Source of the DNA: an uncultured Pseudomonadota bacterium | GTDB taxonomy: Bacteria; Myxococcota_A; Polyangia; Fen-1088 | DNA length: 64,000 bases | Assembly: GCA_963729535.1 (NCBI GenBank) | Contig: CAVSOL010000002.1 | Span: 771,503 to 835,502 of the forward strand | Reading direction: 5' to 3' | In this document: one piece after another, positions 52,927-63,194 of the stretch | How positions within the stretch are numbered: position 1 is the stretch's first letter | Layout of the letters: each line of letters opens with the position of its first letter | Notes under the pieces: model-generated | What the model was told of the DNA's origin: nothing | What the model saw: only the letters and a program-made list of their open reading frames with translations | The model's database searches: none | Made by a program: the position numbers and the translations under genes

Positions 52927-53936
52927 TCAGAACCTGAACGCACAGCCCACCGAATCCTTTCCGCCGAAACAGGCCACCGTGCTCGTGGCCGGCGCGCTCT
53001 GCTCGGAGGGCCAGAAGATCGCCGCCAGGACGCCGGTCACGATGGCGGTCGCACCGAGCCCGATCGTGGTGCCCATCGCGAGCGCTGCGCTCAGTGCGTA
53101 GATCTTCGACTCGTTCGTGCACTCGACGATCATGTCGGCCTCCATCGACCGGCACTCGTTGAGCTCCTACTGTCTCTTGCTCCACCACAGCGCGCTGGCG
53201 CCTGCCGACGAGCGCGGCGACCCCGGCCGCGCCCACCAGCCACAGGTGGCCCGAACCGCCGCCTCCGGCGGTGTCTTGCTGGCCGCCGACCAGCGTGGGG
53301 ACGTTGCCGTCCCCTGCCCCGCCGCCCGTCGTATCCGCCGTCGCCGGCGGCGCCGATGCGAGCGCGAGCGTCAGCTCGATGGGCTTCTTTTCACCGCCCA
53401 CGACGTCGACGGTCAGCTGCTTCTCGTTCGGCGAACACGTCGCGCAGCGCACCGACAGCTCGTGACGGCCGAGCGGCAGCAGCACGCCGCCGTCCCCCTC
53501 GAGCACCGCGGGCCTGCCGTCGACGAACACGGACAGGCTCGCCGGGCTCAGCTTCAGCGAAAATTGTCCGACGAACGTCTCGGCGCGCGCGAGCAACGCC
53601 TGCGCGTGCTTGCGCTGGTCGGCGGTCAACGGGCGCCGCTGGTCGCGCAGCGCCGCCGCCAGCGCGCGCGTCGCCTCGACGTAGTCGCGCATCTCGAACG
53701 AGGCCATGCCGATGCCGCGCAGCGTGCGCGCCGTCGGAGACTTCTCGTGCGCAAGCCGGAACAACGCCCGCGCTTCCTCGTAGCGGCCCGCATCATATTC
53801 GGCGACCGCGTCGCCGATCAGCACGGGAACGGCGGTGTTCGCCGCGTCGTCGGACTTGTCGGCCGGCTTGTCCGCGGCCCACCCCGCCGCGGCGACCGCG
53901 GTCACGACCAGCGCCGCGATTGCGGTCACCGCTGTC

Positions 53937-53947
<11 letters not shown>
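52927..53947 (-). CDS. Signal-anchored TPR/PEGA-like protein (frame break near 53200 and an in-frame TAG at 53167..53169 as sequenced)
   Basis: It begins MTSRTAVTAIAALVVTAVAAAGWA. A TPR-like part reads AEYDAGRYEEARALFRLA and a PEGA-like part reads LSVFVDGRPAVLEGDGGVLLPLGRHELSV. After the break the text reads GASALWWSKRQ-TAG-ELNECRSMEADMIVEC..TTIGLGATAIVTGVLAAIFW..ACFGGKDSVGCAFRF (ORF 52927..53145). It is unresolved whether the last 72 aa are the tail of this protein or a separate small gene. Confidence 0.5.
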
Positions 53948-55406
<1,459 letters not shown>

Positions 55407-55428
55407 GATTCAATCCGATCTCGTGGCG

Positions 55429-55468
55429 GTCAGCAAGCGCACAACGTGCGCAGTCAGCAAGCGCACAA
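55429..55468. repeat. 16-bp direct repeat x2 (GTCAGCAAGCGCACAA, 24-bp period) with an embedded palindrome, in a divergent promoter region
   Basis: Read directly from the sequence. The copies are at 55429..55444 and 55453..55468. GCGCAC-AAC-GTGCGC at 55437..55451 is a 6-bp inverted repeat spanning the junction. The element lies between the kinase start (55406, minus strand) and the receptor start (55524, plus strand). Confidence 0.85.
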
Positions 55469-55523
55469 GGACGGTCGGCACGTCGAACAAACGTTTCCCA
55501 TCGGGTAAAGTTCCGCGCATTTC

Positions 55524-58260
55524 GTGCGCCATTCCGCGTGGCTCCTTCGATGCCTCCTGGCCGTCTGGGTGACAGCCGCGGCGCTGGCCTTCCCGGCGGT
55601 GGCGTCCGGCCAGTCAGACCAACCGCTGCCGGCCCCCCCGGAGCCGGCGGAGCCCGCCCGGCCGCCCAAGGTGACCAAACCCCCGGCGGTCCGCAAGAGC
55701 GTCGATCCCGTATACCCGCCAGAGGCGCTGGCCGCCGGGCTGTCGGGCGACGTCACCCTCACCATCGACATCGACGCCGAGGGGCTCGTCACGTCTGTGG
55801 CGGTCACCACCCCGGCCGGCAATGGCTTCGACGAGGCCGCGGTCGAGGCGGTCAAGCAGATGGAGTTTTCGCCGGCCGAGATCGACGGCAAACCGGCCCC
55901 CATCCGGATCGCCTACACCCTGCATTTCCAGCCCAAAACCATCCCGGAAGCCCCGCCGCCGCCAGCGGCCGAGCCGGAGCCCACGCCGGAGGAGCCTCAG
56001 ACCCCCGAAGCGACGGGACGGGTGGTCGTGCGGGGCCGGATGCTGGAGCGGGGCACGCGCGAACCGGTGATCGGCGCCAACGTCGCCGTGATTCGCCGCG
56101 GCACGGCAAGCGGCGGCGGCGACCCGCCGGCGATCACGGAAGGGGCGACGGACGACGACGGGCGGTTCGAGGTGCGCGCGGCGGCCGCCAGCAACCTGAC
56201 GGTCATCGTCTCCGACGCAACGCATGAGAGCTGCGTGCGCGACTTCGGCGCGACCGAGGTTGGCGGCGCGACGCCGGTCGAATGGCTCTGCTACAGCCGG
56301 GCACGCGACGCCGGCCTCAACGAGACGCGCGTGCGCGCCAAGGCCGAGCACCCGGAGGAGACCAAACATTCGCTGAGCAAGACGGAGCTGACCACCGTGC
56401 CGGGGACGGTCGGCGACCCGCTGCGGGTGCTGATGAACATGCCCGGCATGGCGCGCGTGCCGTTCGGCCTGGGTCTGCTGGTCGTCCGCGGGTCGAGCCC
56501 GGGGGACACGGGCGTGTTCATCGGCGGCGAGCCGGTCCCGGTGCTCTACCACTTCCTCGCCGGACCGTCGGTGTTCACCTACAACCTGATCGACAAGATC
56601 GACTTCTATCCCGGCGGCTTCGGCGTTCGCTACGGGCGCTACATCGGCGGCGCGATCGACGTGACGATCAAAGGCGACGTCGGCAGGACGCTGCACGGCG
56701 CTGTCGACGTCAACCTGCGCGATTCGTCGGCGTTCGTCGAAGGACCGCTTGGCAAGGGCTACCGCGCGAGCTTCGCCGTCCGCCGCAGCTACATCGATGT
56801 GGTGCTGCCGGTGGTGCTGCCGCTGTTCGTCGAGCCGCGCGTCGGATCGACGTACGTGTCGGTCGCGCCCGTGTACTGGGACTACCAGGGACGCGTCGAC
56901 AAGGACCTGGCGGGCGGCGGGCGACTGTCGCTGATCGGCTATGGCAGCAGCGACGCGCTGGAGGTGGTCGCCGGCGATCCGACGCTGGAGCTCACGGCGG
57001 ACTCGCAGATCGGCTTCCACAACCTCATGGGGGAGTGGGTGACGACCCTGCCCGGCGGCTGGGCGTCGCGGCTGACAGCCATGTCCGCGTACGGGAACCA
57101 GAGCGTCAACACCGGCCTGTTCGGCGGCTACCAGCGCTACGCCCGTTTCTACGGGCGGCACGAGGTCAACAAACGCTTCGCGCCCTGGATCGCGCTGACG
57201 CTCGGCCTGGACGTCGTGCTCAGCTACGACTGGGCGAAGTTCACCGACATCCCGTTCCCGCGCGACGGCCGCACGCTGGGGCCGACGATGCCGCCGCGGA
57301 GCGAGATCATCCGGGAGCTCTACAACACCGCGCCGGCGGCGTATGTCGAGGCGCAGTGGAACCCGCACCCGAAGCTGCGCCTGGTCCCCGGCCTGCGGTT
57401 CGACTACTACCACGTGCTGGACACGGACAAATATTCGTGGGACCCGCGGCTGGCGGTGCGCTGGGACGTGACGCCGTGGACCGCGATCAAGGCGTCGGCC
57501 GGCATCTATCACCAGCTGCCGATGCCCGAGTTCCTGGACCGCGAGTTCGGCAACCCGAACCTGAAGCTGCCGCGAGCGGTGCAGTACCAGCTGGGCGTCG
57601 AGCGCCAGTTCACCGACGCGATCAACCTGACGGCGACGGCGTATTACGTGACGCGCCAGGATCTGCCGGTGCCCAGCATCGATCACTTCTCCAGCACCGG
57701 GCGCGGGCGCGCCTACGGCCTCGAATTCCTGCTGCGGCACCAGATCACCAAACATTTCTACGGCTGGCTCGCGTACACGCTGTCGCGCGCGGAGAACGCG
57801 GGCGCGCTGGCGGAGGGCGTGCCGATGAACTTGAACGGCATGGCGCGAAACGGCGCCGACCTGTCGTGGCGGCTGGCGCAGTTCGACCAGCCGCACAGCC
57901 TGATCGCGGTCGGCAGCTACCGCTGGGAAAAATGGGAGGCGGGGGCCACGTTCAGGATGGTGAGCGGCAGGCCGAACACCCCGGTGGCGGGATCGTTCCT
58001 GGACGCCGACACCGGCAACTACACGCGCGTCAACGGGCCCGCTGCGCTCGACGCGGCACGCGACGTTCGCGCAGCTGGACCTTCGCGTCGAGCGCCGGTT
58101 CACGTTCGACAAGTGGGTGCTCGGCGTCTACGTCGACGTCTTGAACGCGCTGAACATCGAAAATGCGGAGGGCCAGCTGTTCGACTACCGGTCGCGCGCG
58201 TCGGCGCCGTTGCGCGGCATTCCGATCTTCCCGGTGCTGGGCGCGAGGGGGCGGTTTTGA
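55524..58260 (+). CDS. TonB-dependent-receptor-like outer-membrane protein with an N-terminal TonB_C domain and a carboxypeptidase-regulatory-like domain (one frame break near 58040)
   Basis: The signal peptide is MRHSAWLLRCLLAVWVTAAALAFPAVASG. The TonB_C-like part reads VYPPEALAAGLSGDVTLTIDIDAEGLV..MEFSPAEIDGKP, and the CarbopepD_reg-like part reads GRVVVRGRMLERGTREPVIGANV..TDDDGRFEV. The plug reads TVPGTVGDPLRVLMNMPG..VVRGSSPGD, followed by a long barrel. The tail in frame 1 reads FAQLDLRVERRFTFDKWVLGVYVDVLNALN..IFPVLGARGRF, with the stop at 58258-58260. Confidence 0.85.
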
Positions 58261-59352
58261 GGCGCATCGGCATCGCGGGGTGGATGTCACTGGCGGCGCT
58301 GGCCGTCGCGCCCGCGTGCACGGACTTCGAGGATCCGACCACGGTGATCGACCTGCGCGCGCTCGCGGTCCGGCTCGAGCCGTCGGAGATCGTTCTGAAC
58401 GTCGACCTCACCGATCCGAGCAATCCGACCGTCGACCCCAACAACATCCCGTCGCTGGACGGTCACGCCGCTGGTCGCCGACCCGCAGGGCGGCGGTCGC
58501 CCGCTGACGTACACCATCCTCGCGTGCCCGAACGATCCGTTCGCCGCCGCGCCGCCGGGGGCGTCGCAGGGCGGCGGCCCGTTCCCGTCGGGCGGCGCGC
58601 GCACGACGGTCGGCAGCGCGCTGTGCGACGAGGCCAGCCCCAACACGTGGACGCTGATGCCCGCGACGGAGGTGGTGGCGGGAGCGCCGCCGACGTTCAC
58701 CGTGCAGCCGACGGCCGATCAGCTGCGGGCGGCGTTCATGGCGGACCTGTTTCCCGACCAGTTCGGCAACATCCACGGCGGCTTCGATCTCGGGATGCCG
58801 TTCACGCTCGACATCAAGATCGACGCGGGCAGCGAATCGATCCGGGTGATCAAGCGCGCGCTGTACTGGGCCGTGCCGGTTCACGCCGAGCAGGTGGCGA
58901 ACCAGACGCCGGTGATGGCGTCGCTGAAGAGTTATCCCGCGCGCGATCCGGACACGCTGCTGCCCTCGCCCGACACGGTGATGCCCGTCGAGCCCGGCAT
59001 CCCGTTTGCGGTCCCGGCGGGCGCCAAGGTCTGGTTCGAACCGGAGCGCGCGACGCGCGAGCCCTACTGGACGACGGTGATCGATCCGGACACACACCGG
59101 GCGGTGCCGTTGTTCGTCGAGCGCGAGACGCTGCGTTACCGGTACTTCGCGACCGCCGGCTCGTTTTCGCCCGCGCAGACGTCCAGCGAGCCGCTGCCGG
59201 GGGTCGTGATCATCGGTGACGAGACGCACATCGAATCCGAGTACAGCGCGCCCGCCAACTTCACCGGCCCGGTCACGCTGTGGGTCGTCGTGCGCGACGA
59301 CCGCGGCGGCACCTCCTGGCTCGAGCGCCAGCTGGTAATCACGCCGCCTTAG
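58257..59352 (+). CDS. Hypothetical lipoprotein (one frame break near 58450)
   Basis: A TTG start overlaps the receptor stop. It begins (M)RRIGIAGWMSLAALAVAPAC (lipobox). After the break the text is TVTPLVADPQGGGRPLTYTILACPNDP.., and it continues into ORF 58657..59352 (..LWVVVRDDRGGTSWLERQLVITPP). I recognise no family. Confidence 0.55.
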
Positions 59353-59408
59353 CTTCAGCACGGGAAGATTCCCGCCGAGGCAACGTTGATGCCAAGGGGG
59401 GACACGGC

Positions 59409-59943
59409 GTGACAGGGATACCCGAGGCGGCGCGCGATCCGGTCGAGACCCGGTTTGCGGGGCCGTGGCTGATTCCCGACCGCGACTACCTGTCGTTCGT
59501 GGCCAGGCTGTTCGCGGCGGCCGAGCGCCGCTGTCTGGTCAGCGTGTTCCTGGTCAGCGCCCCGTGGCGCGACCGTGAGCTGGTCATGGAGACGCTGCTG
59601 GTAGAGCTCGCCGACGCGAGCGCGCGCGGGGTCGACGCCCGCCTGCTGGTCGGTGGCGCCCAGTCGAACACCATGATGGTCCAGCTGGCGGAAGCGGCGC
59701 GTCAAGCGCGCGCGGCAGCTCGTCGTCCCCTGCCGCTCGATCACCAGCATTCCCAGGGTGGCGGGCCATTCCAAGGTCGTGATCTCAGACGACAACGTGC
59801 TGGTCGGATCGCACAGATGGTCGGAGTCCGGCGGCGGCAGCAGCGACGATGAACACACCGACAGCGTCTATGTCACGTCCGGATCGCTGGCGCGCACGCT
59901 CGACAAGCGCTTCCGGCAGCAGTGGCTCAGCGCGCAGCGTTGA
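59409..59943 (+). CDS. Small phospholipase D / Nuc-like HKD-motif protein (one frame break near 59695)
   Basis: The GTG at 59409 is the only start in frame after 59352. The HKD motif region AGHSKVVISDDNVLVGSHRW is in ORF 59758..59943. The N-terminal part ..FVARLFAAAERRCLVSVFLVS..ARGVDARLLVG is in ORF 59280..59852. Confidence 0.65.
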
Positions 59944-59959
59944 TCGACTGATCGACTGA

Positions 59960-60523
59960 TCAGATTCCGAGCTCGAACAGGATGTGCAGGTTGGCGAAGA
60001 CGTTGGTTCCGGTGACGGCGCCCAGCGTGCCGTAGGGGCCTCCCGTCTCGGGAAGCACGAACCTCTCGCCGTCGATGCCGACGCCGACGAGGAACAGAGG
60101 CGCTACGCGGCCCTCGACGGCCGCGCCGATACGTCCGACGGCGCCGCGGCGATCAGGCGTGCCGACGCCGCGGCCGGTGAGCGCCCCGCCCTCTTCCTCG
60201 ATCACGCCTGCGCCGGCGCGCAGGACCAGCCGCAGCTGCTGCGTGCCAAAGCCGCCGCGCAGACCCAGGATGCCGCGGCTGACCGACGTGCCGCGGCCGA
60301 AGCCGGTGTAGTCATAGTAGCCCTCGAAGATCAGCAGACGCGCGCCCAGCCGGAAGCCGACACCGGGCGCGGACGAGCTGGTCCCGTCCGCGTTCGTCGC
60401 GCCGCCTCCCGTGGCGACGCCGCCGTGGCCATCCGCGAACACGGCCACCAGGTCAGCGCGCGCCGCGCCGGCGGCGCCCGCGAGCGCGACAAGCCCAACC
60501 ATTAGCCCTGCCGTGGCTTTCAT
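59960..60523 (-). CDS. Small secreted beta-rich (outer-membrane-barrel-like) protein
   Basis: It begins MKATAGLMVGLVALAGAAGAARA (signal peptide). Gly-rich alternating strands follow (GFRLGARLLIFEGYYDY, LRLVLRAGAGVI, FLVGVGIDGERF, NVFANLHILFELGI). I recognise no family. Confidence 0.5.
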   Translation of the reverse strand: MKATAGLMVGLVALAGAAGAARADLVAVFADGHGGVATGGGATNADGTSSSAPGVGFRLGARLLIFEGYYDYTGFGRGTSVSRGILGLRGGFGTQQLRLVLRAGAGVIEEEGGALTGRGVGTPDRRGAVGRIGAAVEGRVAPLFLVGVGIDGERFVLPETGGPYGTLGAVTGTNVFANLHILFELGI

Positions 60524-60661
60524 GGCTGAGGGATGGAGCAACGCGCACGCCAACCCACGTCAGGAAAAGCCCCACAGTTGGCGCGGCGAATGTCACCCCG
60601 CGGGAAGGTCAGCCGCGATCGGCTGTTGCAAAAGGGTGACAGCGCGCCTGGCGCGCGCGGT

Positions 60662-62686
60662 CTACTTGAACTCGATCTCGAACCGGCAGGCATCGGCGCC
60701 GTGGCCGCCGATGCACGCGGTCTCGCTGACGCGCACCGGGTGCCTGAAGATGCTCTCGACGGCGCCGGCCAGCAGGCCGCCCTCGAAGTGGCAAATTGCG
60801 TGGCCGCGGGCGTTCAGGCCGGAGCACGCGGCGCACTCGCGCACGGCGACCCTGATGACGGACTCCGACACCACCGAGGCGTCGATGAGACCGAGCTTGA
60901 GCGAATCGACGAAGGCGACCAGCCCGTCCAGCGTCGTGAGCCCCAGCGACCGTCCCAGCTTTTCGCCCGCGGCGCGCGCCGTCGCGGCGGCCTCGGCGCC
61001 GCTGCCGGCGTCGAACGCCACCAGCCGCAGCATCCGGTAGAGACCGACGCCCGCATCGCTCCCCAGCGTCGGGCGCGAGATGCGCAGCGCGCCGGCGACG
61101 TCGACGGCCGGCGTCTGGGCGCGCAACCGGCCGAGATCGCCGCGCATGCGCTGCACGCTCGACTGATAGACGTGGTTGTCGGGCGCGAGCGCCAGCGCCT
61201 TCTCCCACGCGTTGAGCGCCTCGCCGTAACGCCCGGACGTGCGCAGCTCCAGGCCGCGGTCGTAGAGCTCGACGGCCCGCTCGCGCGCCCCGCGCTCCGC
61301 CTCCGGCGATCCGGAGCGCGTCGTCGTGCGCCAGCCGCGCACCGCCGTCCCGGCGGGGACCGCGCGCGCCGCGAAGATCGACACGGGCGGCGGCAGCGGC
61401 GGCGCCGCGACCGGCGGCAGCGGTGACGCCTTGACCGCCGTCGGCAGCGGCGGGGGCAGAGGCGCCGGCGGCATCAGCTTGCGGATCGGCCCCGACGCCT
61501 CGAGGATCTCGACCTCGCACAGCGCGAAGTCATCGTCCGTCCCCGTCGCCGGGCCAGGATAGTCGTCCGCCGACACGCCGATCGGCTCCGGCACGGCTTC
61601 GGCTGCCACCGCCGGCGCCGCGGGCGCGGCGACGACGGCGGGCGGCGCCTCCAGCAGGGTCACCAGCGCCGCGGTGACGTCGCGCTCCTTGCTGCCCGCG
61701 CCCAGCTCGCCCATGCAGGCGGCGAGCGCCAGCCGCAGGTCGCGCGCGCTGGCGAAGCGGTCGTCGGGGTTCGGCGCGGTCGCCCGCACCACGGCCTCGG
61801 CCAGCCGCGCCGGGAGCTCGGGCACCCGCTCGCGCGGATCACACCCGCGGCTGCTGGCCAGCGCGGCCTTGATGACGTCGGCGTCGGGGCCGTCGAACGG
61901 CCGCTTGCCGGTGATGCACTCGTAGAGGATCACGCCGGCGGAGTACACGTCGCTGCGGCGGTCCTCGCTCGCCTGTCGGATCCGCTCCGGCGCCGAGTAG
62001 CGGTACTTGCCCACGAACACCGGCGTCGGCGGCGTACGCGCGGTGGCGCGCGCCGCGCCGAAGTCGATCAGCTTGGCGCTGCCGCTGGTCGACACGATGA
62101 TGTTGTCGGGGGAGAGGTCGCGGTGCACGAGGCCCATCACGCCGTTCGCGTCCGCGGCTTCGTGCACGTGCTCCAGCGCGTCGCACACGTCCATCATCAC
62201 GTGCAGGGCAGTGGTCAGCGGCAGCCGCTCGCCGCGCGTCACCATCCGCTTGTGTGCCAGGCGCAGCGTCACGCCCGGCACGTACTCCATGGCGATGAAA
62301 TACCGCCCCTCGAGCTGACCGAAGTCGAAGACGTGGACGATGTTCGAGTGACTGAGCTGCGCGGCGAGAGCCGCCTCGGCGATGAACATCTGCACCAGCT
62401 CGGTGCGGTGCTGCAGCCGCGTCAGCATCGTCTTGATGACGATGCGCTTTTCGAACCCCTGCGCCCCCTTGACCTTGGCGCGCCACACTTCGGCCATGCC
62501 GCCCGCGGCCAGCAACGAATCGATCGCGTAGCGGCTGAACTCCGCACCCTGCACCCACGGTGACGCCGTGGCGGCGACCGGCGCCGCGGCGCCCGTCTGC
62601 TCCGTCGGTGTCGGCGCCACCGGCACGCCCGAAGCGCCGCGCGGCGGCGCGGGTGTTGGAGCGAGGTTGTCCTCTCGTGAACGCAC
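60662..62686 (-). CDS. Ser/Thr protein kinase fused to a TPR-like segment and a C-terminal V4R domain
   Basis: The kinase part has LAAGGMAEVW, VIKTM, HRDLSPDNII, DFGAA and YSAPE. The middle has a Pro-rich linker and a TPR-like YDRGLELRTSGRYGEALNAWEKALALAPDN. The C-terminus reads LYRMLRLVAF..ICHFEGGLLAGAVESIF..VSETACIGGHGADACRFEIEFK, which fits the V4R pattern. The start is set at the GTG at 62686 (GAGG upstream), because the longer ORF would overlap the plus-strand gene 62835..63194. Confidence 0.8.
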   Translation of the reverse strand: MRSREDNLAPTPAPPRGASGVPVAPTPTEQTGAAAPVAATASPWVQGAEFSRYAIDSLLAAGGMAEVWRAKVKGAQGFEKRIVIKTMLTRLQHRTELVQMFIAEAALAAQLSHSNIVHVFDFGQLEGRYFIAMEYVPGVTLRLAHKRMVTRGERLPLTTALHVMMDVCDALEHVHEAADANGVMGLVHRDLSPDNIIVSTSGSAKLIDFGAARATARTPPTPVFVGKYRYSAPERIRQASEDRRSDVYSAGVILYECITGKRPFDGPDADVIKAALASSRGCDPRERVPELPARLAEAVVRATAPNPDDRFASARDLRLALAACMGELGAGSKERDVTAALVTLLEAPPAVVAAPAAPAVAAEAVPEPIGVSADDYPGPATGTDDDFALCEVEILEASGPIRKLMPPAPLPPPLPTAVKASPLPPVAAPPLPPPVSIFAARAVPAGTAVRGWRTTTRSGSPEAERGARERAVELYDRGLELRTSGRYGEALNAWEKALALAPDNHVYQSSVQRMRGDLGRLRAQTPAVDVAGALRISRPTLGSDAGVGLYRMLRLVAFDAGSGAEAAATARAAGEKLGRSLGLTTLDGLVAFVDSLKLGLIDASVVSESVIRVAVRECAACSGLNARGHAICHFEGGLLAGAVESIFRHPVRVSETACIGGHGADACRFEIEFK

Positions 62687-62834
62687 GACGACCGGGCCTC
62701 GGATCAACGGCCGAGGTGGGCAAAACTTAAGCGCGACGCCAATCACATTCGGCCTGTGAGCCTCCCGCGCCAGCGGGGACCCGCCCTGGTTTGCCAGGAA
62801 CGACGCCGGCCGGCATGCTGGCCAGCCACACCCC

Positions 62835-63194
62835 GTGTCCCACCTGTTCTCGACACAGAGCTTCATGCCCCGGGGGCACGCGTACCTGTGGACGCCTGCC
62901 CTGATGCTGGGCGAGGTCATCGCCAGCCTGGTCATCGCGCTCGCGTGCGCGGTGATGGCGGTGATCTTCGCGCGCTGCCGCCGCCGCGGGGCGCTGGCGA
63001 TGGCGCTGGCGGCAAGTGGGCTGGCGGCGGCGCACGTCCTCGACGCCTGGGTCGTCTGGCACCCGGCCTACGGCATCGACCTGGTCGTCCGCTGCGCGAC
63101 CGCGGTGGCCGCCGTCGTGGCGGCCGTCGTGCTGCCGCGCCTGCTGCGTGACAAGCCGGCGCGCGGTGCGCGAAACGACGATGGCGATCGCTGA
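62835..63194 (+). CDS. Small polytopic membrane protein resembling the N-terminal membrane module of PAS/GAF sensor histidine kinases (stand-alone)
   Basis: 119 aa. The sequence is [37 protein letters not shown]...[31 protein letters not shown]. From memory it matches the FMPHGxCYLWxP..W.P.Y module at the start of many sensor kinases, but no kinase domain follows. Confidence 0.6.
   Translation: MSHLFSTQSFMPRGHAYLWTPALMLGEVIASLVIALACAVMAVIFARCRRRGALAMALAASGLAAAHVLDAWVVWHPAYGIDLVVRCATAVAAVVAAVVLPRLLRDKPARGARNDDGDR

Noticed and set aside
55614-58112. Very long ORFs antisense to real genes (e.g. 55614..58112 minus, 34522..35922 minus, 2946..4778 plus, 13280..15040 minus, 44492..46276 minus, 38901..40616 plus, 30698..31852 minus).
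   Set aside because: These are typical high-GC shadow ORFs. They are Arg/Ala/Gly/Pro/Asp-rich with no recognisable motifs. Each lies opposite a gene with clear family signatures (TonB-receptor, comEC, ptsI, dapA, nadK/recN, ffh, prfA).
59409-59943. The PLD/HKD protein considered as a marker of a phage-defence island.
   Set aside because: No helicase, ATPase, methylase or other defence-type partners are present, and there are no mobile-element genes nearby. The context is an outer-membrane receptor plus lipoprotein, and the small size fits a Nuc-like periplasmic enzyme.
62687-62935. The N-terminal 83-aa extension of the kinase ORF (ORF track start at 62935).
   Set aside because: It would overlap the plus-strand membrane-protein gene, whose N-terminus matches a conserved module. 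The extension itself is low-complexity (Cys/Arg/Pro) with no motif.
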